Shown: piece by piece, positions 38,880 to 49,820 of the stretch
Layout of the letters: each line of letters starts with the position of its first letter
Numbering within the stretch: position 1 is the stretch's first letter
Assembly (NCBI GenBank): GCA_963830915.1
Contig: CAWHOE010000035.1
Span: 32,001-96,000 of the forward strand
Source: a candidate division FCPU426 bacterium
GTDB lineage: Bacteria > Oederibacteriota > Muellerivitia > Muellerivitales > Muellerivitaceae
Direction of reading: 5' to 3'
Length of the DNA stretch: 64,000 nt
Translations under genes and position numbers: made by a program
Notes under the pieces: generated by a model
Told to the model about the DNA's origin: nothing
The model's input: the letters and a program-made list of their open reading frames with translations, nothing else
The model's database searches: none

Positions 38880-39611
38880 TTATTTTCGCTTCGCTTTTTT
38901 CAGGATCGACAGCATTTCCTCGACCGCCTTCTTTAATCCTACCATAGAAGCCCGGGCGATGATGTTGTGCCCGATATTGAGGTCCTCGATCTCCATTAAA
39001 CCGGCGATGGGAGCGGTATTTTCATAGGTCAATCCATGCCCTGCATGGATCTTGAGCCCCAAGGATCGTCCCAGTTTCGCCCCAGTCGCCAGGGCTAGAT
39101 ATTCTTCCGCGATCCTGACTTTTTTCCGGAATGCCTGGCTATACAAACCAGTGTGCAGTTCCACGAAAGTTGCCCCCATCCGGGCCGAGAGCTCGATGGT
39201 GGAACGATCGGGCAAAATGAAGAGAGAGACGGGGATCCCCTTCTTTTGTAGTCGGTCAATGGTTTTCTGGAATCGGGCGGGCGACGAACTTAATAGAAGC
39301 CCTCCTTCAGTGGTCAGCTCTTGGCGTTTTTCCGGGACCAGGGTGACCTGATCGGGTCTGACTTTCAGGGCGAAACGCACCATCTCTTCGGTCGCCGCCA
39401 TTTCCAGGTTCAGTTTGGTCTTGAGGGTTTTACGAAGGAGGATGACATCGCGGTCTTGGATATGCCTTCGGTCCTCCCGAAGGTGGACCGTAACACCCCT
39501 GGCCCCGGCCTTTTCCACGATCCGGGCGGCCTCAACAGGATCCGGTTCATCTTCCCTCCGGGCTTGGCGCAGGGTAGCGATATGGTCGATATTCACGCAA
39601 AGGGTTGCCAT
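38880..39611 (-). CDS. pdxJ: pyridoxine 5'-phosphate synthase
   Basis: VNIDHIATLRQAR, HLREDRRHIQD, ELTTEGG, AGHGL, NIGH. Confidence 0.98.
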   Translation of the reverse strand: MATLCVNIDHIATLRQARREDEPDPVEAARIVEKAGARGVTVHLREDRRHIQDRDVILLRKTLKTKLNLEMAATEEMVRFALKVRPDQVTLVPEKRQELTTEGGLLLSSSPARFQKTIDRLQKKGIPVSLFILPDRSTIELSARMGATFVELHTGLYSQAFRKKVRIAEEYLALATGAKLGRSLGLKIHAGHGLTYENTAPIAGLMEIEDLNIGHNIIARASMVGLKKAVEEMLSILKKAKRK

Positions 39612-39619
39612 GGCGACTC

Positions 39620-40003
39620 CTACTTGTGGTTATTGGTGGAGATCAAATGGACATGGATGGCGGACACGGTCGCCGCGACCCCGCTTGGCAGAGGTTGGAC
39701 CAACGGATGGACCAGTAGGTCTTTCTTATCTTTGGTATAACTTTTCAGGCTCACCACCGCGGTCAAGTCATCCGGATCCACTTCCAGGACGCTTTCCTTA
39801 CGGCCTGTCAGGACAACCGGAACCGTCGTTCGAACGCTCGAATCCACCGTCATGCCGGCGGGTATCTCGGTGAGTTCCAAGTGAAGGACCACCTTGCGTT
39901 CCAATATCTGACGCGACCCGACATAGGCCCATAGGGAGAAGGCGATCAGGAAAGCCAATAACTTCAGGCCCAGGTTCTCGAAGATCCATCGTTTCATGTT
40001 CAA
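39620..40003 (-). CDS. short CdaR/YbbR-like protein
   Basis: ENLGLKLLAFLIAFSLWAYV N-terminus; directly after cdaA. Confidence 0.8.
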   Translation of the reverse strand: MNMKRWIFENLGLKLLAFLIAFSLWAYVGSRQILERKVVLHLELTEIPAGMTVDSSVRTTVPVVLTGRKESVLEVDPDDLTAVVSLKSYTKDKKDLLVHPLVQPLPSGVAATVSAIHVHLISTNNHK

Positions 40004-40767
40004 TCCACCTTCGTTCCATAAAGCGTCAACATCTCTTCCAGCGTGTCCGAGTCGATTTCAGGGGTGATCTTTCCGGCCATGGCGAAGGAAATGGTGTGCT
40101 TTTCCTCCGAGACCACGATGGCCAGGGCGTCCGTCTCCTCGGTGATGCCTACCGCCGCCCTGTGCCGGGTGCCATAGGATTTGTTCAGGTTGGGATTCTG
40201 GCTCAAGGGAAGGATACAGCCCGCCGCCGCGATCTTACCTCCCCGAAGCATCACCGCCCCGTCATGAAGGGGCGAGTGGGGGACGAAAAGGGTCACGATG
40301 AGTTCAGCCGTCACATCCGCGTCGATCTTGGTACCGTTGTCGAACACGCTTTGCAGGCTGTCATCCCGTTCCAGAACGATCAGGGCGCCCCGCTTGGTCT
40401 TGACCAGGTCCTTCACCGCCGCGGTCACTTCTTTGAAAAGGACCGCGTCCCCTTGGAACACGCCTCCCCAGAATCCCCCTCCCCGGCCGATCTGGGTGAT
40501 GATCCGGCGCAGGTCCGACTGGAAAACCACCACGAAAGCGATGATGAAAAAGGGCCCCAGGTTGCTCAGAAGCCAATCCAGTGTCAATAAATGGAACTGG
40601 CTGGCGATGACCGTGGCCAAAAAGAGAATGGCGAAACCTAGCACGATGCGGGTGGCGCGCACTTCCCTGATAAGGAGTAATAACTGGTAGGTCAGGTAGG
40701 AGACCACCAGGATGTCCAGGACATCGACAAAACGGAAATTGGAAAATAGGGTGATCAGATTATTCAT
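40000..40767 (-). CDS. cdaA: diadenylate cyclase CdaA/DacA
   Basis: 3 TM, GALIVLER, PLHDGA, GTRHRAA, VVSEE. Confidence 0.96.
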   Translation of the reverse strand: MNNLITLFSNFRFVDVLDILVVSYLTYQLLLLIREVRATRIVLGFAILFLATVIASQFHLLTLDWLLSNLGPFFIIAFVVVFQSDLRRIITQIGRGGGFWGGVFQGDAVLFKEVTAAVKDLVKTKRGALIVLERDDSLQSVFDNGTKIDADVTAELIVTLFVPHSPLHDGAVMLRGGKIAAAGCILPLSQNPNLNKSYGTRHRAAVGITEETDALAIVVSEEKHTISFAMAGKITPEIDSDTLEEMLTLYGTKVD

Positions 40768-40785
40768 GGGTTAGTCAGTCCCTGG

Positions 40786-41937
40786 TCAAAACGGCTGATA
40801 TCGAATGGCGTCAGCTATTTTTACCACACGAGCCATGGTTTTAACATCATGAACTCGGACAAAATCGGCCCCTTTCAGGATAGCGGCCGTCACCGCCGCG
40901 GCGGTTCCCTCCACCCTTTCCTCCGGGGGCGCGCCCCCCAGGAGCGTTCCCAGGGTCGATTTACGGGAGGGTCCCAGGAGCAGAGGCCTGCCCAGGACCT
41001 TGAATTCCCATAATCGGCGGGTGAGTTCAAGATTATGCCATGGGGTCTTACCGAATCCAAAACCGGGATCCAGGATGATCCTATCCTCATGGATCCCGCA
41101 TTCTTGGGCGAATCGCAAACGTTCCCTGAAAAAGGATATTATCTCGCCTATCACATCTTGATACCTGGGGTTTTTCTGCATAACCCTGGGCCGGCCCTTC
41201 ATATGCATCAGGACGACCGGAACCTTGAGCCGGGCGAGGGTCTTGCCCATTTGCGGGTCCATCCTAAGGGCCCCGATATCGTTCACCAACCTGGCGCCCT
41301 CTCCCACTGAGGCCTTGGCCGTCTCAGCTTTATAGGTGTCGACGGATAATGGCACCTTCAAGACCTTAACGCATGCCCTTAAGACCGGTAGGATTCTTTT
41401 TTTCTCATCCTCAACAGGGAGTGCCTTGGCTCCAGGACGGGTGGATTCCCCTCCCACATCGATCCAATCAGCCCCTTCCTGCTGCATCCGAAGGGCCTGT
41501 TCAACAGCGACGGCGGGATCCAGAAATCTGCCTCCATCGGAGAAAGAATCCGGGGTCACATTCAAGATACCCATCACTTGGGTCTTGTTTGCCCAACGGA
41601 TCTTCCATCCCTTGCCGGACGAAAGGGTCCAGGAACTGGGCCGAGAATAACCTTTCAACCCTATTTCCATTTGGAGGGCTAACCCAGGGAATGAATCTGC
41701 GATTTTTTTCGCGAAGGATGTTCCCGCGGAAAGGGTCATCCGCCAGCGGACGGAATGATCCGATCGTAATGAAATTTGGCTGGCGGTCGCATGGCCAAGA
41801 AGAGCGTTTTTGAAATGCGCGCTTTGGGTTTGGGTCGGAAGTAAGGCGGCAAAAAGCAACGGGATGTCAGGGTGACGGTGAAGATCGAAAGGATCGGGTT
41901 GGAGTATCCTGAAAGAAACTCGGGATTTCCCAGGCAT
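40786..41937 (-). CDS. folP: dihydropteroate synthase with ~115-aa N-terminal extension
   Basis: MGILNVTPDSFSDGG, GGESTRPG, DPGFGFGK, SRKS, RVHDV. Confidence 0.97.
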   Translation of the reverse strand: MPGKSRVSFRILQPDPFDLHRHPDIPLLFAALLPTQTQSAHFKNALLGHATASQISLRSDHSVRWRMTLSAGTSFAKKIADSFPGLALQMEIGLKGYSRPSSWTLSSGKGWKIRWANKTQVMGILNVTPDSFSDGGRFLDPAVAVEQALRMQQEGADWIDVGGESTRPGAKALPVEDEKKRILPVLRACVKVLKVPLSVDTYKAETAKASVGEGARLVNDIGALRMDPQMGKTLARLKVPVVLMHMKGRPRVMQKNPRYQDVIGEIISFFRERLRFAQECGIHEDRIILDPGFGFGKTPWHNLELTRRLWEFKVLGRPLLLGPSRKSTLGTLLGGAPPEERVEGTAAAVTAAILKGADFVRVHDVKTMARVVKIADAIRYQPF

Positions 41938-41943
41938 CCAGGC

Positions 41944-42501
41944 TTACCTACCGATCAGATTGAGGGCTTCCATCCTGGTGGCGACGCTCTTGGTGAAGAT
42001 ACCCCTGACGGCGGAAGTGGTCATCTTCGCCCCGGGTTTTTTCACTCCCCGCATGGTCATACAAAGATGTTCCGCTTCCACGATGACCAGGACCCCATAA
42101 GGTTTCAGTATCCTCATGAGCGTATCGGCCACCTGGGTGGTGATCCGCTCTTGAAGTTGGGGACGGCGGGCGATGGCTTCCACCACACGGGCGAGCTTGG
42201 AAAGCCCCGCCAGCCTGTCCTTTCGGGGCAAGTAAGCGACATGGGCTTTCCCATAAAACGGGAGCAGATGATGTTCGCACATGGAATAGAAAGGGATGTC
42301 CTTGAGGATCACCATTTCCTCATGACCTTCTGTCTCGAAAATGGTGACGATCTCCGAGGCGTTCATCTGCATCCCGGAGAAGACTTCCTCGTACATCTTG
42401 GCGACCCGTTTGGGGGTCTCTTTCAACCCCTCCCGGTCGGGATTCTCCCCTACCGCTAAAAGGATCTCCCGGACCGCCCGCTCTATACGCGTTTTATCCA
42501 A
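41944..42501 (-). CDS. folE: GTP cyclohydrolase I
   Basis: [35 protein letters not shown]. Confidence 0.98.
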   Translation of the reverse strand: MDKTRIERAVREILLAVGENPDREGLKETPKRVAKMYEEVFSGMQMNASEIVTIFETEGHEEMVILKDIPFYSMCEHHLLPFYGKAHVAYLPRKDRLAGLSKLARVVEAIARRPQLQERITTQVADTLMRILKPYGVLVIVEAEHLCMTMRGVKKPGAKMTTSAVRGIFTKSVATRMEALNLIGR

Positions 42502-44437
42502 TCCGTCCCCCCTTGAAAGCTTGCGAAGGGGCGGTCTGGGGTTTCAAGGAAACTGGAGGTGTCGATTCCGCGGTAGCGGAACCCGATGGCGTAGTGGGAG
42601 AAGGCGGATTCTTGGGAGCTGGCTTCGGCCCCATCTTTTTACCCGCCATGATGGCTTCCACATCCGAGCTATCCAGGATCTCCCTTTCCAGCAGGGCTTC
42701 CGCCATGATCTTCAGGAACTTCTTGTTCTTTTTCAGGATAGAGGTGGCCTTGGCATGGCACTCCTCAATGATCCTTTTGACCTCGTTGTCGATCATCTGG
42801 GCGGTCCGCTCGGAATAATTCTTTTCTTTCATCAGGTCCCGGCCGATGAAGACCATGTCGTCCTTTCGCCCCAGGGTCAAGGTCCCCAGTTTGGGGCTCA
42901 TGCCGTATTCACAGACCATCGCTCTGGCGATCTCGGTGGCGCGGTTCAGGTCGTCTCCCGCTCCGGTCGTGACATCGCCAAAGGTCAATTCTTCCGCGGT
43001 CCGCCCTCCCAACAGCGAGGTGATGCGGTTCAAAAGTTCGGTCTTGGAGGCGAGGAATTTTTCTTCTTTGGGCAGATACCAGGTGGCGCCCAACGCCGCG
43101 TGGCCACGAGGGATGATCGAGACCTTATGAACGGAATGGGACTTGTCGATCTTCTTTCCCACGATCGTATGCCCAGACTCATGGTAAGCCACGATCCTCT
43201 TTTCTTCGTCCGAGATGACACGGGTACGGCGTTCCGGCCCGGCCATGACACGGTCAATGGCTTCTTCCAATTCTTCCAGTTCGACGGCTTTTTTATTGCG
43301 ACGCGCCGCCAGCAGCGCGGCTTCGTTGATGAGGTTGGCCAGGTCCGCCCCGGAAAACCCGGGGGTCCGGCGAGCGATGATGGCTAGATCCACACCCTCG
43401 GCCAATTTGATCACCTTCGCGTGCACCTTGAGGATGGCTTCCCTTCCGCCTAGATCAGGACGGTCCACCACGATCTGTCTGTCGAAACGGCCCGGTCTCA
43501 ACAATGCCGGATCCAGAACATCCATCCGGTTGGTAGCGGCAAAAAGGATGACGTTGCTATTGGTATTGAATCCATCCATTTCGACCAAGAGGGCGTTCAG
43601 GGTTTGTTCCCGCTCATCGTGTCCGCCGCCTAATCCAGCTCCCCTTTGACGGCCGACCGCGTCGATCTCATCGATGAAAATAATGCAGGGAGAATTCTTT
43701 TTTCCTTGCTCGAAAAGGTCCCGGACGCGGGCCGCGCCGACACCAACGAACATCTCCACGAAATCCGAACCAGAGATCGAGAAGAATGGCACTCCCGCCT
43801 CACCCGCCACCGCTTTGGCTAACAGGGTCTTCCCGGTCCCAGGAGGGCCAAGCAGAATGACGCCCTTCGGGATCTTTCCCCCCAACTGTTGGTATTTCTT
43901 GGGGTCTTTCAGATAATCGACGACTTCCATGAGTTCGGTCTTGGCCTCGTCCACGCCTGCCACATCGGCGAAAGTGATCTTTTGCTGGCCAACGGTCATT
44001 AATCTGGCTCGGCTTTTGCCGAAAGCCATGGCGCCACCACCTCCCCCTTGGTTCTGGCGCATCATGAAAATGAAAAATCCGACGAATACCAATACTGGCC
44101 CAAAATTAATGAATATCTGCCAGAGGCTGCTAGGCCTTTTGGGTGGATCGGTCGAAAAATCGACCTTATTGTCCAACAACATCTTGGTCAGGTTCAGGTT
44201 CGGGTCATCGGGTTGGACAACGGAAAAGTCCACATTGCCCTTTGTTTTTCCCAGGATCATCCTGTCATCGGGCTGGACGGTGACTTTTTGGACCGTTCCA
44301 TCCACGACCCCAGCGACGAACTTCGAGTAATCCCAATTCTCGACCTTATTGTTCGGGGCCTTTAATTGTTGGGCAAAGAACATGATGATCACAAAGATAA
44401 GAAGCCAACCAGCCAAGATTTTAAATGTTTGGTTCAA
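42494..44437 (-). CDS. ftsH: ATP-dependent zinc metalloprotease FtsH
   Basis: 2 [32 protein letters not shown]. Confidence 0.99.
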   Translation of the reverse strand: MNQTFKILAGWLLIFVIIMFFAQQLKAPNNKVENWDYSKFVAGVVDGTVQKVTVQPDDRMILGKTKGNVDFSVVQPDDPNLNLTKMLLDNKVDFSTDPPKRPSSLWQIFINFGPVLVFVGFFIFMMRQNQGGGGGAMAFGKSRARLMTVGQQKITFADVAGVDEAKTELMEVVDYLKDPKKYQQLGGKIPKGVILLGPPGTGKTLLAKAVAGEAGVPFFSISGSDFVEMFVGVGAARVRDLFEQGKKNSPCIIFIDEIDAVGRQRGAGLGGGHDEREQTLNALLVEMDGFNTNSNVILFAATNRMDVLDPALLRPGRFDRQIVVDRPDLGGREAILKVHAKVIKLAEGVDLAIIARRTPGFSGADLANLINEAALLAARRNKKAVELEELEEAIDRVMAGPERRTRVISDEEKRIVAYHESGHTIVGKKIDKSHSVHKVSIIPRGHAALGATWYLPKEEKFLASKTELLNRITSLLGGRTAEELTFGDVTTGAGDDLNRATEIARAMVCEYGMSPKLGTLTLGRKDDMVFIGRDLMKEKNYSERTAQMIDNEVKRIIEECHAKATSILKKNKKFLKIMAEALLEREILDSSDVEAIMAGKKMGPKPAPKNPPSPTTPSGSATAESTPPVSLKPQTAPSQAFKGGRIG

Positions 44438-44626
44438 AAAGAACTCCTAGTGCTCAAGATCGCTCCGCTTGTGCCATTAACCTAAGAAAGGTTCTCGAGG
44501 GAAGCAAGGCTGGTATCATAGCTGATATAGTTTTCTCAATGCAAGCAAGGGGAAATACAGGGATTTTCGACGTCCATTCCTTTGAAAAAACCTTCTTATG
44601 TTCCGAATAATCAGGACAAGGCTCCT

Positions 44627-45625
44627 TCAACGGCTTAAAAACATGAGGATACGACCACCCTTTTGGTTAGCCGACAGTCCGAATCCAATATCGCGGGGAC
44701 CCCTTTCCTTTCCTTCCCAAATCCGAATAACTTCCTCGATCCTTTCGAATGAAAGACCCCTGGCATTGGGGTTGAGTTTTTCTGCCGCCTCTCGGACGAA
44801 TCTACGTTTTAGAGCCAGTGGGAATTTCCCGAATGGAACGGACAGTGCTTGAAACTTCCCTTTGACCCACTTGGCTTGGATCTTGGGCCCCATGGGGGCC
44901 ACCATACTTTCCAATAAACGATCTTCCTCAGAGATGATCTCGCCAACGCGGGCTAAAACTCCCCGGATTCTTGGATTCCACTTCGTCAAATAAGGAAGCA
45001 ATCGATTACGGATCCGGTTACGACGATAACCATCCTCCCCATTCGACCGATCCTCCCGCCAGAAGAAAGAACTTTCCTTTAAATAAGTTCGAAATGTATT
45101 CTTTTCATAAGAAAGCAGGGGACGCCAGACCCTCAAGGGCTTGCTTTGCCCCGGGAACCATAATGTTTGTATTGGCCTTAACCCAGAAAGTCCCCGGGCG
45201 CCCGCGCCCCTTAACAACCTGTCCAGCACCGTCTCCGCCTGGTCTTCTTGGTGATGGGCGACCGCTACACCCCAAGCCTTTTCCCGATGAGCGATTTTGG
45301 CGAAAAAGGAATATCGGATCTCACGAGCAAGATCCTGCAAGGAACGCTTTTCCCGGCCTACACGCGCCTTGAAAGATTTAACCCTTAAAATACGGCAAGA
45401 CAAGCCTAACTTTTCACAGGTTTCGCGGACCAACCGCTCGTCATTTTGGGAATCCCGACCCCTCAAACCATAATTCACGTGGGCGACGATCATACGTTCT
45501 TTGGGTTGTGGATAATAATCGTAAAGGAGTTTTAAAAGGGCCATTGAATCGACCCCTCCTGATATCCCGATGATCAATTTGGATCGTCTCGGGAAAGGAA
45601 CTTGAGGAAGGATCATTTGTTTCAT
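44627..45625 (-). CDS. tilS: tRNA(Ile)-lysidine synthetase (short form)
   Basis: SGGVDS, HVNYGLRG, AHHQEDQAET, RPLL, RNRIR. Confidence 0.96.
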   Translation of the reverse strand: MKQMILPQVPFPRRSKLIIGISGGVDSMALLKLLYDYYPQPKERMIVAHVNYGLRGRDSQNDERLVRETCEKLGLSCRILRVKSFKARVGREKRSLQDLAREIRYSFFAKIAHREKAWGVAVAHHQEDQAETVLDRLLRGAGARGLSGLRPIQTLWFPGQSKPLRVWRPLLSYEKNTFRTYLKESSFFWREDRSNGEDGYRRNRIRNRLLPYLTKWNPRIRGVLARVGEIISEEDRLLESMVAPMGPKIQAKWVKGKFQALSVPFGKFPLALKRRFVREAAEKLNPNARGLSFERIEEVIRIWEGKERGPRDIGFGLSANQKGGRILMFLSR

Positions 45626-45654
45626 CGTAATTTTCTTTTATTTAAAGGAAAAAA

Positions 45655-45731
45655 TGGTAGCGGGGGGCGGAATCGAACCGCCGACACTTCGGGTATGAGC
45701 CGAATGCTCTAACCAGCTGAGCTACCCCGCC
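45655..45731 (-). tRNA. tRNA-Met (CAT), probably elongator
   Basis: GGCGGGGTAGCTCAGCTGGTTAGAGCATTCGGCT-CAT-ACCCGAAG...TTCGATTCC...CCGCTACCA; G2-C71 and C3-G70. Confidence 0.93.
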
Positions 45732-45864
45732 ATCGGGTTGGTAAAGACTCGACCAGAGGGAACCTTTAGGGTGGCGAAAACAACTTCCAGAAAGGCGTTC
45801 TCCGGACCTAATAAAAGACCGTTTCCCCTATTCCAGAAATCGGGTAAAAACGGGCAGGCCAGTG

Positions 45865-45893
45865 AATATGCCAATCTTCTTCCTGCTTGTCAA
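45865..45893 (-). promoter_or_regulatory. sigma70-type promoter for tRNA-Met-tilS
   Basis: TTGACA-N17-CATATT. Confidence 0.65.
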
Positions 45894-45906
45894 TTGTCTT
45901 GGGATG

Positions 45907-46340
45907 TTACTTATTCTTTTGTTTTCGCTCGAAATAGGATTTTTTCAATTCCTGGGCGATCACCGGGTTTTTCATCAATATTTTGTCGAAGTCGTATCGT
46001 TGAAGGATGAAAAGTTCCGTGACATCCTCAGCCACGATCGTGGCATTACGGGGTTCATTGGATATAAGAGCCATTTCACCGAAAAAGTCATCCTGCAACA
46101 AATCGGCAACTTTTACCTTTTTGAATCCCTTTTTCATCCAAACCGATACTTTTCCGGAAGCGATCAAGTAAAAAGCGTCTCCAGGATCCCCTTGTTTGAT
46201 GATCTCATAACCCTTTTGGACACGGATCATTCGAAGATGACCTATCAATTCATCCAATTCATTCATTTTTAAGGATTGGAAAAAATAAGTGTTCTGAAGA
46301 ACGTGTCGAAACGGCTGAAGATGGAAGCGTTATCGGTCAT
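45907..46340 (-). CDS. stand-alone cyclic-nucleotide-binding protein with an apparent 1-nt frameshift near the 5' end
   Basis: IIKQGDPGDAFYLIASGKV, FFGEMAL, PRNAT; ATG 46340 with SD GGAG is out of frame by one base. Confidence 0.85.
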
Positions 46341-46460
46341 AGTTCACTCCAAAAAACGTAATCCATCAAAAACAATGAGATAAGTATATCGCCAAAAGGA
46401 ACGACTTAAAAGACCAAAAGGGTCCGTTTCTCGCCCCCAAGGTGCCTATCTAATTGACCT

Positions 46461-47339
46461 TCAGTGATCCAATAAACCCTTGTCTCGGAGATTTCCCATA
46501 ACCGCTTTGACGGAATGACTTTTGTTCATGGCGTAAAAATGGATGCCAGGCGCGCCATTTTTTAGAAGTTCCTCACACTGGCGGGTAGCATAGTCGATCC
46601 CTTTTTGGATCACTTTTTCTTTGTCATCTTTAAAGGGTTTCAATTCTTCAACTAATCTTGATGGTATCCTCGCTCCCAGACTACCCGTTTTTTCGATCTG
46701 GGCAAAATCGGTCAAAAGCCATATGCCGGGTTGGATCGGAGCTTGGATACCCATTGCCCTTGTTCTCTTCACATATTCAAAATAATCTTGATTCTCAAAA
46801 AAAAGCTGGGTAACGATGAATTGACCGCCAACCTCGACTTTACGTTTCAAGTTCAATAAGTCCCTATCCAATCCTCCCGCTTCCGGATGGCCTTCAGGAT
46901 ACCCCGCCACGCCAAGACTAAAATCATAAGCGTGGGAGCGGATAAATTGGATCAATTCGCTCGCGTATCGAAAACCATCTCGCGGAGGAACGAATGTAGT
47001 TTGGCCTTTAGGTGGGTCGCCGCGCAATGCCAGCAAATTCTCGATACCAGCCTCTTTGACACGATCTAAAATCGTCTTGATCTCTTCCCGGGAATGATCC
47101 AAACAGGTGAAATGCATCAAGGGAAGGATGCCCGTTGATTTCAAGCGGACCGCGATCTCAAAGGTCATGTCCCGGCTGGTTCCACCCGCCCCGTAAGTAA
47201 TGGAGATATAATCCGGGTTTAAACCTTTCAATTCATCGACCGTTTGAAATAATTTCTCTAAATTTCCATCCCGTTTGGGAGCGAATATCTCGAAAGAAAT
47301 GACTTTTTTCTTTTGGGCGAAGATTTGGTGGATTTTCAC
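46461..47339 (-). CDS. metF: methylenetetrahydrofolate reductase
   Basis: SFEIFAPK, ITYGAGG, MHFTC, ALRGDPP, GYPEGHPE, TQLFF, GIHFY. Confidence 0.96.
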   Translation of the reverse strand: MKIHQIFAQKKKVISFEIFAPKRDGNLEKLFQTVDELKGLNPDYISITYGAGGTSRDMTFEIAVRLKSTGILPLMHFTCLDHSREEIKTILDRVKEAGIENLLALRGDPPKGQTTFVPPRDGFRYASELIQFIRSHAYDFSLGVAGYPEGHPEAGGLDRDLLNLKRKVEVGGQFIVTQLFFENQDYFEYVKRTRAMGIQAPIQPGIWLLTDFAQIEKTGSLGARIPSRLVEELKPFKDDKEKVIQKGIDYATRQCEELLKNGAPGIHFYAMNKSHSVKAVMGNLRDKGLLDH

Positions 47340-49663
47340 GAAAACACTTTCCGTTTGATTTTATAAAAGCTGAGTTGGAAGAGTAGTATAACAATATAAA
47401 CGCCCCAAGAAAGAAGCGAAACCCATTTCCCTATCACAAACGCCGTCGGTAGGTAGGTCAAGATGAAATGATGTTTCCCCGCGCTTAAAGGGATAGCCCT
47501 AAGAAAATAATCCCCCGGAACCACCTGATAATTCTTTTGGCTGCTATCGGGGAAAGGTAGGACCTTCCATCCCGGACTGAAATTATCAGAGACCAATAAA
47601 ATAGCGGCCTTGGGAATATCCACCCATATTTCCATTTCATTCGTCGAAAGGTCCTTGTATCTCGTTTCTCCCTTGATCTTTCCTGGATCGGGAAAGGGTT
47701 GGGGCTGCTTTTCCAAAAGGACTTTTTGATGAAAATCGAAGGATGGATCGAACAATCGATCCAAACTATCCGCGGGTTCACCTATCGTTTCCCACTGGTT
47801 AAACAAAGTTAAACGGTCTAAACAACGATAGTTTGTTGGATGAATCCTGATTGGATCCTCATTTTCAGTGATAAGGTACTTCAAACGAACCAAGCCCAAA
47901 ATACTGGTGAATTTTTTATATAAAGGCATAACCGAATAGAGTTGATGTTCGTTGATCCCCTGGCTACGACAAGCGAACCTAGCATAGCGGGAAAGCACCA
48001 TTGGTTCGTCCTCCCAAATGTCATAACCTCCAACCGTCATGGAGTCACTGTTGGTTCCCCACACCCGATAATCCCCCGGATTTACCGAATAAAAATTCCC
48101 CAGAGCGTCCTTTTTTTGCTGCCAATCGGCAAAATGAAAAGTCGGTCGATTAAGACTGGCAAATATAAAAAGTTCCAATAAACATAAAACCGCTACAAAC
48201 CCTACAGCCTTTTGGCTATATTTCCGGAAGGCAAGAAAGATGGCTAATAGAAAAGCGGTCGCTGCTCCTAAGAAAAGACTTAAGGATGCGTTCAAGCCCT
48301 CCGCTTTGATGAATTTTTCCTTTTGCTGGATTTCCATACTGGAAATATCTTTTTGAAGCCAGTAGACCGATGAAATCAAGGAATTCCAGGCTCCTGACAA
48401 ACCCTTTTGGGCAGATAAAAGAATAGTCAAGCCTAAGATAAGCAATATTATTCCCAAAAGAACCGTCGAAAAAGTTAACCACTTTAAACGCGACCCGTTT
48501 TTCAACAAATGATCCAAACCCATACTAGAAAGAACGGAAAGGAACAAACAAAAAAATATATTGAATTTACAAATACCTCTCATCGCATCGAAACCCGGAA
48601 TAAAAGTGTATAAAAAATGAAAAACCGGTGTATAGGCGCCCATGGAAAGGATTAAGGCAATGACTCCGGTCGTGAGTTCCCAATGTCGTTCATTTCTTTT
48701 TATTACAACAAGAGCGTAAAAAGCCAAGACAAAAGCTGTTACCCCAGAATAAATCGAGACTTCCCATAAAAACCAGCGTCCCCAATAATGAATTCCCCTT
48801 AAGTTCCCGAAAAATTCGGGCAAGACTAAAGTCAATATATTTTCCGGAGGAAAAGAAAAAGATGCCGCCACTCTATATTCGAGCGAAAGGTTCCGTGCGC
48901 TTTCGGAAGAGGCTTGCAGACCTGTCCACAACTGGGCAGCTGTCAGAAGACTGGCTCCTCCATAAATGATCAACAACCCCAATAACGCCGTCCACAAATG
49001 CTTTTTTCGAGTGGCGTTCAATAAAACATAAACAACCGCCATAATAGCTGTATAAAAAACATACTGAGGATTACCCGACAATATCTGCATCGAGACCGCG
49101 AATAGCCCCAATAGGATCCATTTCAACGACAAGGATTCCAGAATGGTATCTAAAACCAAGAATATGAGAGGTATCCACGCGATGGCGCAAAGATTTGGTA
49201 AATGACCTGCATAAACATGAAGGAAGTGAGGGCCAGAGAACATGAAAATGCACCCGGCTAGAAAACCAGCCATAGGGTCTAATCCCCGACGTATCACCCA
49301 AACATAGGTGAATAACCCCGCCAAAAAAAGATGAGAGACAATCCCGATATTGATCGCCAAATTAATTGGAAGGAACAGATAGACCCAGTTCAGGGGATAT
49401 AAAATGGCCGATTCAAACCCACCTAAAAAAGGTGTCCCGCAAAGATAAAAGGGATTCCAAAGAGCAAGATGGCCCTGTTTCAATTGGTCGAAAGCGAATT
49501 TTCGCCAAGAAACAAAATGTAAATAAAGATCTGTATTTTGGCTTGAAAGAACAAGGTCCTTCCCGCTGAACAAGACATCGCCGAAAAGAACAAGATTTAA
49601 CAAAAGCAGGCCAAATATCCAAAGGAAATGGGAAGGTTTTGCCAAGGTGGGCTCGCGACTCAT
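47336..49663 (-). CDS. YfhO-like GT-C-type membrane glycosyltransferase
   Basis: LWNPFYLCGTPF, LYPL, many TMs, C-terminal LLVSDNFSPGWKV...LRAIPLSAGKH. Confidence 0.78.
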   Translation of the reverse strand: MSREPTLAKPSHFLWIFGLLLLNLVLFGDVLFSGKDLVLSSQNTDLYLHFVSWRKFAFDQLKQGHLALWNPFYLCGTPFLGGFESAILYPLNWVYLFLPINLAINIGIVSHLFLAGLFTYVWVIRRGLDPMAGFLAGCIFMFSGPHFLHVYAGHLPNLCAIAWIPLIFLVLDTILESLSLKWILLGLFAVSMQILSGNPQYVFYTAIMAVVYVLLNATRKKHLWTALLGLLIIYGGASLLTAAQLWTGLQASSESARNLSLEYRVAASFSFPPENILTLVLPEFFGNLRGIHYWGRWFLWEVSIYSGVTAFVLAFYALVVIKRNERHWELTTGVIALILSMGAYTPVFHFLYTFIPGFDAMRGICKFNIFFCLFLSVLSSMGLDHLLKNGSRLKWLTFSTVLLGIILLILGLTILLSAQKGLSGAWNSLISSVYWLQKDISSMEIQQKEKFIKAEGLNASLSLFLGAATAFLLAIFLAFRKYSQKAVGFVAVLCLLELFIFASLNRPTFHFADWQQKKDALGNFYSVNPGDYRVWGTNSDSMTVGGYDIWEDEPMVLSRYARFACRSQGINEHQLYSVMPLYKKFTSILGLVRLKYLITENEDPIRIHPTNYRCLDRLTLFNQWETIGEPADSLDRLFDPSFDFHQKVLLEKQPQPFPDPGKIKGETRYKDLSTNEMEIWVDIPKAAILLVSDNFSPGWKVLPFPDSSQKNYQVVPGDYFLRAIPLSAGKHHFILTYLPTAFVIGKWVSLLSWGVYIVILLFQLSFYKIKRKVFS

Positions 49664-49820
49664 GAAGCCATGGAAACAAATACAAAGTTGGGCGTCAATA
49701 GGATTTTTCGTATTGTTTTAGTCTTCCTAGAGTTTTTAGGCCATATCTATGGCAAAATAATTCCAGACCCCGGCCGATTGATCGATCAAATCCTTTTTGA
49801 AGCAAGGAGTTTTACCCAAT

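Noticed and set aside
42341..43387. Long + strand ORFs (also 19321-20178, 25852-26769, 29856-30869)
   Set aside because: Antisense shadows of GC-rich conserved genes, with no recognisable motifs.
44448..44480. CIRCE or sigma54 site upstream of ftsH
   Set aside because: TGGCAC lacks a properly matching TTGC, and there is no TTAGCACTC-N9-GAGTGCTAA.
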